Below the pieces are notes generated by a model. It was not told the origin of the DNA. It did not search any database and saw nothing but the letters and a program-made list of their open reading frames with translations. A stretch of DNA of 63,194 nucleotides, the filler included, from Welwitschia mirabilis (taxonomy: Eukaryota): the NCBI GenBank assembly GCA_051453625.1. It is 4 parts of one record of this genome, joined end to end, with 100 filler letters (N's around TTAATTAATTAA, not from the genome) between each part and the next. Parts side by side here need not be neighbours in the genome. Positions count along the whole stretch, not along the records: positions 50,067 to 63,194 come from JBOZIK010000001.1; 3 more parts are not named here. One strand, 5' to 3'. A program made the translations under genes and the position numbers. This document shows, piece by piece, positions 50,350 through 63,194 of this stretch. The number at the start of each line of letters is the position of its first letter. The first letter of the stretch is position 1.

Positions 50350-53300
50350 GATGACTGAAGAGAAGACTCATGGAATCTTGACAGGAAGAAGCTACAATGA
50401 AGAATGAATGAAAAAGAAGAAAAGGATTTAATTTAAACTCAAGAGATAGCGTGGGCATCCGCCTAGGATCATGTCTGTGTAAAAGTGTGGACATCCAGAA
50501 TTTTTTGGGCAGTTGTCCAGGTTATAACACCCAAATTTTTTCTTTTCTGTTCAAGGTGCAGATGTCCAGGAAAAAGGAGAGGGATGTCTGGGTTATATTA
50601 AGACCTCGGGACATCCAAATATTACGCCAAGACGTCCGGGTGCAGAAAGAATGCAAGTGAAAGATGCCACCCAGGAAAAATTGTTGTCCACTTAGATGAC
50701 AAAATGACATAGCTTGGAGCATAAAGATTTGATTCAAAAACTATTGAGAGGAGGGCAAACCCCAATACCTAGATTTCTCCTTAGATAGGCAAATATCTTG
50801 TCATTGAGTGCTTTAGTTATTACATCTGCAATTTGATCATGAGTAGGCACATGTTCTAACGTTATTATATTATCTTGGACTTGTTCCCTTATGAAGTGAT
50901 GCTTGGTGTCAATGGGTCTCATCCTAGAATGTTGAACCGAATTCTTGGTAATGTTTATAGCACTTGTGTTGTCATAGAATAGCCTGATTAAGTCTATTTT
51001 TACTCCAAAATCCGTGAACATTTATTTCATCCATAGACGTTGAGCACAACAAGCCCCTACAGCCATATTTGGCTCCGACTGTTCATAAAGATGTTGTGTT
51101 TTACTTCCTGCTCAGCCATGATACTAAGCAGTTTCCCATGTAGAAACAGGCACCACTTGTACTCCTTCGATAATCCACACACCCAGTCCAATCAGCATCA
51201 TTGTATCCTACTAATTCTATAGTTGTATCATATATGTACCAAAAGCCAAAATGTTCAGTGTTTTTCAAATACCACAAGATCCTTTTGACACAAACTAGAT
51301 GGGATTCCCTTGGATCTGATTGACATCTATCACAAATTCCTACACTATATGCTATATCATGTTTACTAGTTGTTACATATAGTAAACTTCTAATTATTCC
51401 TTTAAATAACTTTTGATCTATTTTCTTACCAGCTTCATCTTTACTGATTTTTACAATTGTAAAGAGGGGAGTTTTTGCATCTTTAGCATTTACTATATCA
51501 TATTTCTTTAGAATGTCTTGAGTATAATTGGTTTGACTAATAAATATCCCATCATCCATTTGTTTGATTTGTAGCCACAAGAAAAAGTTTAACTCTCCTA
51601 CCATGCTCATCTCAAATTCATGTCGTATGATTCTTGCAAACTTTTGGGCAAGGGTAGTTTTGGTTAAGCCAAAGACTATATCATCAGCATATATTTGTGC
51701 TATCAACATTTTATTTTCTCATGCTTAATAAACAAAGGAAGATCAACATTGCCTTTCATAAAACCATTTAACACTAGAAATGAGTTTAATCTCTCAAATC
51801 AAGCTCTAGGAGTTTGCTTCAACCCATATAAAGCTCTAGGAGGTTGAGCTACATAGACTTCCTCGTTGATATAACCATTTAGAAAAGCACTCTTTACATT
51901 CATCTGAAAAAGTCTAATCTTGTAATAGCATGCAAAAGCAAGAAGCATTCAAATGGCTTCCAATCTAGCAATGTGAACAAATGTTTCTCCATGATCTATT
52001 CCTTCTTGTTGGTTATACCCTTGAGCAACTAAGCGAGCTTTGTTTTCGATTATATATTGTGGTTCTCATCTTTTTCGTTTTTAAAAACCCATTTTGTTCA
52101 AATAATATGTTTGGCCTTAGGAGGAAGAACTAAATTCCACACTTTGTTTCTTTCAAATTGATTTAGCTCTTGTTCCATAGCAATCATCCAACCATCATCT
52201 TTTTCAGCTTCTTGAAAATTCTTAGGTTCTAGACAAGATAGAAAATAAAGGAAACTATGGCTAATGTGCTTACCACTTCTAGTTGTTGTCCCTTGATCAG
52301 GTTTACTCACTATAACCTCTTCAAGCTGATCTCCTTTAGTTTGTTGAGGAAGGGTGCAGTAAGAGCTGGTTTCTTCCCTATCTTGGCTAAAGCTTGAGGT
52401 GGATGGTTGATTTTTGTGTGTAAAAGGTTCAACCAAGATATCTTTGTAATCAAAACTATCTAAAGGAATGTGATCACAAGAATCATTGATTCTCATAAGA
52501 GCTCATTCTTGCACTCTTTCTGTAACTTTATTGAAGACTCTATAAGCTTTGCTAACTGAGCAGTATCCTAAAAATATTCCATTATCAGATTTTGATACAA
52601 ATTTACTTGTGGGATTTTTGTCCTTTAGAATAGCACATTTACTACCAAAGACTCTAAAATAACTCACATTAAGTTTCTCTACATACCAAAACTCATAAGC
52701 GGTTTTCTTAGTATTGGATTTAAGAAATACTCTGTTTGAAACATAACAACTTGTGTTCACCGCTTCTGCCCATAAATAATGACGAAGAGAGTGCTCATAA
52801 TCATTGTTCTAGCCATTTCAATTAGTATTCGATTCTTCCTTTCTGTTACACCGTTTTGTTGAGGTGTACAAGGGGCTAAATATTGATGAGAGATTCCGTT
52901 GGCACTACAACACTCATCAAATTTTATGTTGTCATATTCTCCTCCTCTATTAGATCATATGGCCCTGATAGGTTTGTCTTGTTCTTTTTGAATTTTTTTT
53001 GCCAATTTTAATAATCTTCTCAAAAGCTTCATCCTTATAGGTTAAGAATCCTACTAAACAAAATCTTGAAAAGTCATTTACTATGACCAAGAAATATCTC
53101 CTCCCTCCACTGCTTCTAGCTTAAATGGGACCTACCAAATCCATGTGAACTAACTCTAGAGGTTTAGTGGTAGAGGTATCCCTTTTTCTGGGAAAACTTG
53201 GTTTTACTAATTTTCTTTTTAAACATGATTCACATGCTTTGGCTTGAGCAACACTTAGCTTAGGAACACCTTTGACTATTTCTTTGGATATGATGGTCTT

Positions 53301-55354
53301 TAAATCTTTTAAGTTCATATGACCAAATCTATGGTGCCAAAGATTAACTTCATTTGTCTGGGCTAAATAACATCCATCTGTCGATTTATCATTACTTCCA
53401 AGCACATACATGCATTTAGACCCATGACTTGTAAGAACTTTTTGGTCGGTAAGATTGTTGTGTATGACACATTTGTCTTGGAAGAATTAGACAATGTTAC
53501 CTCTATCACATATTTGAAACATACTTAACAAGTTGTGCTTTAGACCTTCTACCAAGTAAACATCGTTTATAGTTGGATGATATTTTGTTGCAGTGATGGA
53601 TTCTTTTCCAATAATGTGGCCTTTACTATTGCCTCCAAAGGTGACTTCACCACCATAACAATCTTGAAAAGAAACTAACAGACTCTTGTTCCCTATCATA
53701 TGTCTGGAGCATCCACTATCTACATACCATTTTGTTTTCTCTTATGCTTTGAAAGCAGCATAAGCAAATAGAGATGTAACATGACTCTTTTTGACCTATT
53801 TTTTAGAGATATGCCTTCTAAGAGGATTTTGGACAAACGAAATTTTTTTGATAAATTTGAAGTTACCGCTAGAGTGTCCAAAGCAGGTTGAATTTCTATA
53901 GGCACAATTGAATTAAATGTGCTCATGATTGTTGCAATAAAAACAACTCAGGTAGTTCTTTCAAAGGATGGATATTAAGTGACACAATCAAAATAACAGA
54001 AGGTAAGAGTTTTGTTAGGAGGGCTACCTAACATGGATTTATCAAGAGGAGATCTTCCTACTCCCAATAGTTTGTTTAAGTTATCTTTTTCTTGAGTTAA
54101 GTGGTTTGCTATATATCTACCATCCTCTAGATCTTTAGAGAAAGAATCAATTTTCAAATTGGCCTCTTTTAGTTTAGATCCAAGTTTTTCTATAGATTTT
54201 TTGTACAACAATTTTTTCTTCCCTGAATCATATAGAGTTTTTCATTAAGTATCGAATAGTTTGTCGTGGTTGAAATCTAAATCATCGCGATCTTCAAAAA
54301 CATTTCCAGATTCTATGGAACCACTAAAACATTCTTAATTTAAAGAACCAAAGGAAATAGGCCACCTCTTCAGGTATTGCAAGAAGTCCGAAGTTCAATG
54401 TCTCTCCTTCATCACTTGAGCTAGCTCCTTTGGCCTCAGATTTGTCCCATGTTGCTTGAAGCACTTTCTTTCCTTTTGCTTTGGCCTTCTTGTCCTTTTT
54501 ATTGTTTGCACAATCTGCAACTACATGTCCAAAACCTTTGCATTCATAGCATTGAATTCAACCAAAAGAGTTCTTACCTTTGTCGCTTTTGCCTTTGAAG
54601 GATCTTTTGGAGCACTAGCCTTCCTTTTTCTTTCATAAGAATCGTTTGAGATTCCTGGTCAGAAGTGCTAAATCTTCATCCATTTCATCTTCACTTGAGT
54701 GACATTCGTTGACCTCTTTACAAGCCTTAAGAGCAACGCTCCTTCGTTTTGGCGGATCTTCTTCTGGTAGGAGAGTTGCTTCATATACCATTAAAGATCC
54801 TTTGAGTTCTTTCACTTTGATTTTATCTATGTTTTTGCTTTCTTCGATAGTTGTTACTTTTGGCTTGATCTTCATCATGAGACTCCTCAGGATTTTCCGA
54901 ACTACTCTGTTTTTAGGAATTTTTTCTCCCAAGCCTCACATACTGTTGACAATGTTCCTTACTTTGGTGGTGTAGTCTGCAGCTAACTCAGATTCCTCCA
55001 TCCTGATATTCTCAAATTTGGCGTTGAAGACTTAAAGTTTTAGGTTCTTTACTGCACCTTTGCCTTCATGGGCTACTTTGAGAGTTTCCCACATCTCTTT
55101 GGCTATTGAACATTGTACTACCTGATCTTACTCTTTGTTAGATAAGGCACAAATAATCACATTCATGGCTCTGGCATTCTTTTGAAGTTTCCTTGTGTCA
55201 TCCTTATCCCACTTGTCTCTAGGTTTCAAGATTATGATCCCATTTGGATGAACTTGCTTTGGAGGATGATAGCCTTGCTCTACCATGTCCTATATTTCTG
55301 GATAAAAGGACATCAGAAATATGCTCATCTTTGATTTCCAGTGAGCATAGTTGT

Positions 55355-56339
55355 TTTTAGGATTGAGAAAACACTTTGGGGAGTGAATTGGGTTTTTAAC
55401 TTTATTTTGAAATAAAACAATAATAAGAGCAATGAAATAGAATCAAAAACTATATAATGCACATGAACAAAGCTACCAGATTTTTATAGTGGTTCGGCTT
55501 TCCAAGCCTACTCCACTCACAAGAGGTAGCACAAGCTTTCAACCTCCTGGTTCCCTTAATCAACAAGTCACTTCAATACAACACCCTTTAGCTAGGGTTG
55601 AAATCATAGGATTTGCTCTTGCTTGAGCAACAACAGAGAATAATAGAGAGAAGCCTGATGAGGAATAAGCTTTAGATGCTTAGATTCATCAGTATGAGTT
55701 ACATTCGGAGAAGAATAGTAATCCTTAGTTCAGATTAGATCCGATCAAAGAGAGAGAGCTCTGGATTTGATATACAAAATGTATTTTCACAATTTTAAAC
55801 ATTACAATGAAAGAAACTTTGAGTTATAAGAGGTTTTCAATGTTGAAAACCCTAAGGACCACTTGTCTAGATGAGTGTGCCATCAGCCTCCAACTCTTAG
55901 CCATTTATCCTTTGAAATCTGTGCCCAACATTTATATGAACTATAGTTAACCGAACGTCCCATTAGAAAAGTTCAGATGTCCTCGTTTTAAAGATCATTT
56001 TTTAATAGAGAATTGAGATAGGGCTCGAACGTCTTAGTTCTGAGTTTCAGACATCCTAGTACAATATAATCGATCACAGGTCCAGACGTCCCAAGTAAAA
56101 CAACGGACGTCCCAGTAAAGTTTTCTGCATGCAGGTTCGGACATCCTGGGTCAAAGAACAGATGTCCCAATATAGTTTCCCGTGTGCAGGTCCGGAAGTC
56201 CCAGGTTAAGGGGCAGACGTCCCATCATTGTGTTTGCTTGGCCTGAGTCTGTTGCTTCACAAGACAAGATTCTTCGGCTGAGTTTGTGTTCCTGGTTATG
56301 CTTCTATTGCTCATCATTGAAACGTGCCTTTACTCAACA
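55355..56339 (-). repeat. SIRE-family solo LTR inserted in gag of element 2, with a perfect 5-bp TSD GTTGT
   Basis: GTTGT at 55350-55354 and 56340-56344; removing the LTR and one TSD restores PFFDGNNYAHWK. Confidence 0.92.
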
Positions 56340-56447
56340 GTTGTTGCCATCAAAAAATGGAGGTCTGAACACTGCATGACCCTCTAGGTAACTAGAGGAT
56401 GCCATAATACTTGTACCTATAGACAGACAACAGATCTAGAGTACCAG

Positions 56448-56459
56448 GCTCTGATACTA
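56448..56459 (-). other. Primer-binding site (tRNA-iMet type)
   Basis: Minus strand reads TAGTATCAGAGC (canonical TGGTATCAGAGC), 2 nt from the LTR end. Confidence 0.85.
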
Positions 56460-56461
56460 AT

Positions 56462-57570
56462 TGTTAGGACTGTAAGGCACCCTAAAGGAGGGTGAATAGG
56501 GTGTTATAAAAAATACTTTCGAATTAGATCAACCGGTTAATAAATAAAACAAATCTAAAACTTACTTGAACACATAAAACTAAAATAATAGATGCAAACA
56601 GAAGAACTAGACATAAAGACAGTATGCACAAGGGTTTTATAGTGGTTCAACAATCCTTGCCTACTCCACTCTCACGGGGTAGCACTATGCTCTCAACCTC
56701 TTGGTTCTTTTTTAAAACACCCTTCTCCAATAGCAACTTACAACACCCTTTACCAAGGGCCAGTTACAACACCCTTCACACAAGGGTCAGCTTGCTCAAT
56801 CTAATAAGCACTTACAAGATGTCAATCAACTTGAGGCCTGATGGTTTGAATGCCTTTCAAGCACAATACATCTGCAATCAGTTCAATATCACCACAATCG
56901 GTAGATATCTCAGTGTAGTACGAGTTCAGAATGTTACAACACAAATTAGCTCATAAAGAAGTTCCAAAGAGATATGTTACAGAATGATTATCACATCTTT
57001 TACACATGGGTTTACAAAGTATAGCTGTTACAGCCTCAAACTTGAAGCCCTAGACATTGGAAGATGTGTTGGTAAGCATCCTTGACTGTTGATGTCTTAA
57101 AATCTGCATTCTGACATTCGCAATGGTTACTTTTGCGCTCCAATGTTTGCCTTCCTAGACGTCCCCTTCTTTAGATCTGGATGTCCTAGATATAATACTT
57201 GAACTCTATCAAAACTGTGAAGCATCTTGAACACCCCCATACAAAGTCTAGACGTCCCCATAATGAGGACCGAGGATAGGGGCGGATGTCCGGTCTTAGA
57301 TTCCAGATGTCCCTATAGTTTTCATTTGCGAATAGGGTCGGACATCCCAATAGAAAGCCTGGACATCCCCATAAAATCTTCCGCGTATAGGGTTGGACAT
57401 CCAAGTTTCAATAGTCGAACATCCCCATACAAACCACCGCATATAGGATCGAACGTCCCAATCTCACAGTCAAACGTCCCAGTTGGCACACACATCAGAT
57501 ATCTCATTTTTTACTCTATTTCGTAGACAACAAAAGGACTTTGATCATCATTGAAACATAAATTCTTCCA
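56462..57570 (-). repeat. 5' LTR of SIRE element 2 (~1.1 kb)
   Basis: TGTTAGG..GGAGGGTGAATAGG end; GGACGTCC-type repeats at 57155-57480; TCATCATTGAAAC..CA at the other end. Confidence 0.85.
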
Positions 57571-57592
57571 TAGTTATTTCTATGTGACTTAT

Positions 57593-58806
57593 TGTTGCAC
57601 TGCCAACTTGTATGTATTTGATAGGTAATTTTGAATAGTTTTGTAGGATATTAGACAGGTTTATGTTGGATTCCTACGATAATGGAGAGCTAAGACGAAA
57701 GTTATAAAAACATGCAATCTTCATTACATTTTACAACATTTAAGGCAGTTCACAATATCTCCTATCTGAAGTGAAGTTCCTGCAAACATTAAGGCTGAAA
57801 CAATATATAAAGAACTATTAAAAAGCCTATCGTCCACCTCATCATCCGAACGATTGTACGGACGATAGAACACTTAGCCAATAAGGACACTGACTAGAGT
57901 TAATGTGGCAGATGATATAGAATTCTTATGAGATGGCATTGTCTCCTATATCATCTGGACGACTAGCAAGATGACACCTGAAAGAACGCTTCACCAAGCT
58001 TCACCTAACTTTGGCTATCTGTCTCTCAGTTTCTTACGCGGTTGTTAGGGTTTTGCCCACACCTATTAGTCCTATTTGTTTGTGAGTTTGTCTTTGTTAA
58101 TAAATATCGACTCTGCCCTCGACTTTGCTTGTCTTCATTTGCACCAGAAATTCTCGTGACATGAAGTATTGGGTAATGCATTCTTCATTGAGGTGTTGTT
58201 ACTTTGTAACACGGATGTTAGTTCGAATCTAATTCAAAGAACTCTTTTTTATTTTCATATGCTTATTTTGTGCATATCCCTTATAGTTTATGTTGCTTCT
58301 GATTTCGTAACAGCTTCTTTAGTGATATAGATTATGAGGGCAACCTTTGTTAAGGCTGAGCATTATCAGTTTAGGCGCATTGTCTTTTCTTTTCTAGATT
58401 AACTTTGCATAGTTTTATATTTTGTTCGATGTACCTGATAGTTTAGGTTGGTCTCGAACTAGTAATGGCATTTCTTGATTGATCTAGGTTATACAGGGTC
58501 AATCTCTGTGATAGGTTGATCCAATAATCAGACGGAAGTTGTACTTAAATTAGATTTGCATTAATTTGTATAAGTGTGTTGCATTATTATTTTCTGCATT
58601 GTTCTTTATTTCTGCTTTAAAGATACAAGTGTTTCATTTTCTTGATATCATTTCTCTTTCTTCTCACCTGCGCCTTCAATAAGAATACAACATTTGGGTC
58701 ACTCCCATTTATATTAGTGTGTTGTGTTGTGTAAAATCTATATTCATTTGTGAATGACAAGATCTTCTTGAGAGCGTAATTGTTTGCACAAATGTGCACC
58801 ACAACA
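57593..58806 (+). repeat. 5' LTR of the Athila-like element (~1214 bp)
   Basis: TGTTG...CAACA termini, followed directly by the PBS. Confidence 0.85.
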
Positions 58807-58827
58807 TCTTGACGTCGTTGTCGGGGA
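58807..58827 (+). other. Athila-type primer-binding site
   Basis: TCTTGACGTCGTTGTCGGGGA, compared with the Athila consensus TTTGGCGCCGTTGCCGGGGA. Confidence 0.8.
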
Positions 58828-59987
58828 AGGCTGCTTGGAGTTTGAGGATTGTCATTACTGAGGTGAGTGTTTGGATTCAGTTTGGATATTTACCTACAGT
58901 AGTGTTGCACTTTTAACAAAAGTAGCATAGGTTTTTCTTTCCGCAATTTTTGTTTTGAGTTCTGAAAGAAACGCTCTGTCATCTGCTTAATCGTCTAGAC
59001 GATGCGCGGCGATGACGGCCAGTGTGCCTTGACTTTTTCGCTTTCTTAAAAATTAGGGTTTTCATATCATTCCCTCTGTCATCCAAAGACTCAAGAGGAT
59101 GACAGTCTGTTTTCAGTTTTTTCAGTGTCTGTTATTTTGTGCTTCTATTTTTCTGTGTTTTTCATTTTTTCGGTTTTCTATGTGTTCTATCATTCAAACA
59201 TATCGTCCGGACGACCACAAGGACAACGCGCACTAAAACATAAAACTGAGCATGCTAGGACATGGTAAAATCTGGTAAGAAAGAAAAATATGAGAGAGAG
59301 TGGTTGTTCATCAAAGAAAACATCCAAAAAGGTTTGATTGACTTCAAACTTAACTTAGGTACGCACACCATAGGTATGCAAAGCATTTCAAAAATCCCAC
59401 AAGAAGAAATTTCTACATTTATTGTTTCAGAATCCGATTTTGCAAAAAAGAATTTTTCAGAAGATTGTTTAGAAGATAGTTTAGAAGAAAATCATTTAAT
59501 AAATATGTCTAGTTCGTCGCGAAAGCAAAAACAGGTCGCTTCGTTCAATCCGCCTGTTGTTATTGGAACCCCTATGACTACGCCCTTAAATCCTAATGCT
59601 AATATCACCATTAGAGGGCTTATAGCTAATAAGAAACATGAAATCCAAACCCTTTTGATTTACCTCCTGGTGACGATGTTGAACTTAGGAATTTAAACGC
59701 TTACCCCATTTTTAATGGAGAAAACGATAAAGATCCTTTACAACATATTACCAACATCAAATACTTCGTACTTACTTCCGGAAATGGTAAGAAAGAATAA
59801 GTGATCGAACTTATATGGTAATTTTTCTTGTCACTTTAAAAGGAAAAGCTAAACTATGGTTGACAACTACTCCCCATAAGAGTCTAAAAATTTGGAATCA
59901 GGTTCAGAAAGCTTTCATAAAAAGATTTATGAGTGAAACAACTATAAGAGAATGAAAGAAAGAAATAACTAACTTCCAACAACAACC

Positions 59988-60127
59988 TAACAAAGATTAT
60001 GCCTCCACCTATGAGAGATTTTTCGTTACTTTACATTCAAACCCCATAGATGCTTTTTAACAAAGATTATGCCTCCACCTATGAGAGATTTTTCGTTACT
60101 TTACATTCAAACCCCATAGATGCTTTT
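59988..60127 (+). repeat. Perfect 70-bp tandem duplication inside gag
   Basis: CAAAGATTATGCCTCC... starts at 59991 and again at 60061. Confidence 0.95.
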
Positions 60128-63100
60128 TCTCGAGAAGAATTAGTAGACTACTTTTATAGTGGACTTAATAATCAAACTAAGCAACTTGTTGAGTTTTCAT
60201 GTAGAGGAAATTTAATGGATCTTACATTAGAAAATGCTTGAAGAGTGTTGGAAGAGTTAGTGGAAGCAAGTCAAACTTGGCCTAAACCCTGATCTAAAGA
60301 AAATTGTACAGTAGGTCAAATCATTAAAGATCTTAAAGAAGTTAAGCAAGAGAAGGAAGAAGTAAAAACTAAAAAAGAAACAACTAATGTAATTAAAGAT
60401 TTCACCACAACTATAGAGAAATACACTCAGATTATATTAGATGCAAGAGTGGCAACAGAAAAGAGTGTGGTTATAGTTCCAACTTGTGATTTATGCAAAG
60501 ACAACTATCATGTGACGAAAGATTGTCCTTTATTGCCAACCTATAAAGAAAAGATTTATGAAGAAGTGTGTGCTTTAATCAAAGGTCTTCAAACTTTGGA
60601 AATCACAATCAAAACCAAAACTAAAGTCAAAATTAAAATCAAAACAATTTTCAACCTAGAATCAATGGATAGCCCAATTTCTAATCTTTTGAAAACAAGC
60701 TTAAAAACTTTCAAACAAATCATCCTAATTTCCAACCATTTAAAAAAATATTGAGAATGCAAATTTCCAACCAAACAACTCTAATAATCAAGCAAGCTCA
60801 TCGAACTCACAAAATCAAGGTGATCCACTTGGAAATTTCATTGATGAGCTGAGAAAAACCCAAGAGAAAACAAATTCCAATATTGAAAATCTTGTTAGCG
60901 TTTTACAACAGACTATGGTTGCTAACTAAAGGCCACAAGGGTCACTTGCAACACAACCTCTACCAAACCCTAATGAAGTTCAGAAAGATTGTAAAGTTGT
61001 GATAAGAAGTAGAAATGAGACAACACCTCCTACCCATGAGGCTTCAACATCTCAAAATAATAAAAATGATGAGGAAGAAGAGGATATTGAAATTTTAGAA
61101 AATTATTCTTTTCATTCTCCTTTAAATGATAAAAAGAAAAATTCTTCTCAAGAAAAAAGTAAGAAGCTTGCTACTCCTTGGCTTAATAGATTGAACACTA
61201 CTCCTGCATTTGATGAACATCTTAAAGCCTTAATGCAAAATGTGATCATAAATTTATCATTTTGGAAACTTTTGCAAAAGAATCCTAAATATTCTAAGTT
61301 GTGGAAAGATCTAATTAGGACAAAACAAAAACAAACTATACCTAGTAAAGTCTTCCTAGCTCAATCCATAAGCAACTTAGTCTTAAGAAAATGTCCAAAG
61401 GTTAAGGATCCGAGGGCAGCAACTATTAGTTTTACTTTGGAAGAAAACAAAAGAATAAAGAAAGCCCTGATTGATATAGGAGCAAGTGTCAACATTATGC
61501 CTTTGCACATTTGTCAACGACTTGAGTTAGAAAGTAGAATTCAGCCTACAAGGATTGTTTTAGAATTAGCAGATACATCAGTTAAGAAACCTTTAGACAT
61601 GATTAAAGATTTAGTGATTCAAATAGAAGAAGCATTCTACCCTATTGATGTGGTTGTGATTGAAGTTGAACATAACGGCGGTTATCCATTATAGATACTA
61701 AAATAGGAATGACGAAATGTCATTTAGGGAATAAGAAGTTTACAATAAGAGTGTTTGATGCTGCTGAAAAAGATTTAGGTGATGAATTAAGTGTTGAAGA
61801 AAAGATTAAACCAAGTTTATTTCTACAACATCATCCACTTGAAGAAAAATGGCCAACGCTTCATCAGCCAACTTTGTTTGATGATCAACTTGAAGTAGAC
61901 AACTTAGAAACTTTTGATGATGATCAACTTGATTTTGAGAATTTAGAAACTGATTATTTTGATCAGGAGAGTAGAAAGACTAAATGTGTCAACTGTGCAG
62001 AAGTCCGAGATCTGAGCAAAACTGAGATTTCTTATTTTGAGAGTGGTCATTCACTATTGACATCCGAACGACAGTCTGACACAACAGTAAATTTCCATGA
62101 AAATTTAACAAAAACTAAAAATATGAATTTAAATATGAATCTAAAACCTTTACCCAGTGGGCTGAAATATATTTTTCTGTGTAATAATCAGAACAAACCT
62201 TTGATAATAAGTAAAAATCTTTCCCCTCAACAAGAATCAAGCTTAGACTCACTTTTGAAATCTAAGGTTAATGCGTTTGCTTGATCCCACAAAAATTTAA
62301 TAGCCATTCCTACCTCTACTATTCAACATAAAATCTACCTTGAGGCTAATGCAAATCCTATTAGGCAACCCCAACGTAGACTTAATCCAGCCCTTAAGTA
62401 AATCGTAAAAGATGAAATCATTAAGTTAATGGATGCTGGAGTTATTCATGCTATAGCTGATAGTGAGTGGGTTAGCCTTTTGATAGTAGTGCCTAAGAAA
62501 GGTGGGAAATGGAGGATGTGCATTGATTTTAGAAAATTAAATGAAGTGACCAAAAAAAACCATTGTCCTTTGCCTTTTCTTGATCAAATACTTGATAGAA
62601 TTCAAGTACATGCTTTTTATTGTTTTCTTGATGAATATAGTGGTTACAATCAGATTTGTATTGCTAGTGAGGATTAGGCTAAAATTACTTTTACTTCACT
62701 TTTTGGTACTTTTGCTTTTGAACACATGCTTTTTGGACTTTGCAATGCTCCTGGTATGTTTCAATGTGCAATGATGGGTATTTTTTCTAATATGTTAGAG
62801 GATTCAATAGAAATTTTTTTATGGATAACTTCTCTATCTATAGTGAAAGATTTGAGTTATAGAAAGTCTTTGATAGATGCATTTGTAGTGGCCTCCATTT
62901 GAGTTGGGAGAAAATTTCTTTTTAATTAATAGTGGAATTGCTTTAAGTCACCATATTTCAGATAGAGGGATCAGGATAGAACTTGAAAAGATTAGTATCA
63001 TTCAAAACCTAACTCCTCCAATCAATGTAAAACAAGTTCGATCCTTCCTTAGTCATTGTGTTTTTTATTGTCAGTTTATTCAAGATTTTGGAAAAAAAAT

Positions 63101-63194
63101 TGTAAACCCTTTCACTCGTTACTAGAAAAAGAAGCTAAATTTGATTAGACTGAATCTTGTCAGCTTGCTTTCGATAAATTTAAACGTAAACTCT

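Larger units (their letters stand above)
50067..57570 (-). mobile_element. SIRE/Sirevirus element 2: 5' LTR, PBS, gag-pol, start of env-like ORF; decayed
   Basis: gag from ATG 56405 (RPPFFDGNNYAHWK; VRKILRSL), PR DSGCSRHM, LWHHRFGH, VHMDLVGP, QQNGV, RT QIYADDIVFG, RNaseH DNTSAINI, env-like MVRSKLAAFRKGKE. Confidence 0.93.
57593..63194 (+). mobile_element. Athila-like Ty3/gypsy with RT (5' LTR, PBS, gag, PR, RT), decayed; continues beyond the window
   Basis: gag from ~59500, PR ALIDIGASVNIMP, LKPLPSGLKY linker, RT WVS..VVPKKGG.WRMCIDFRKLN..LPFLDQIL, YSGYNQI, FGLCNAP. Confidence 0.93.

Overview
AT-rich plant nuclear DNA, almost entirely nested and decayed retrotransposons, with several N gaps, three of them holding an artificial TTAATTAATTAA linker. 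From left to right: Athila-like Ty3/gypsy deletion derivatives (gag-PR plus integrase tail, no RT/RNaseH; 1-8973); an old minus-strand L1 LINE (~9.9-15.5 kb); a 20-bp GACGTC array and a chromovirus Ty3/gypsy with 3' LTR (to 21578); a second L1 LINE (26.9-31.5 kb) interrupted by a SIRE/Sirevirus copia; two Ale-like copia remnants; several SIRE LTRs and solo LTRs; a near-complete SIRE (50.1-57.6 kb) with a TSD-flanked solo LTR in gag; and the 5' half of an RT-containing Athila relative (57593-end). The only intact host-like coding signal is a spliced terminal exon (24192-24292, minus), absent from the ORF track. It encodes the C-terminus of a fumarylacetoacetate-hydrolase-family protein of the bacterial YisK/FAHD2 type. 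No upstream exon is visible, so the downstream ~39 kb of TEs may be one giant intron. A decayed J-domain ORF lies between that exon and the LINE tail. All calls are by eye; no database search was run.
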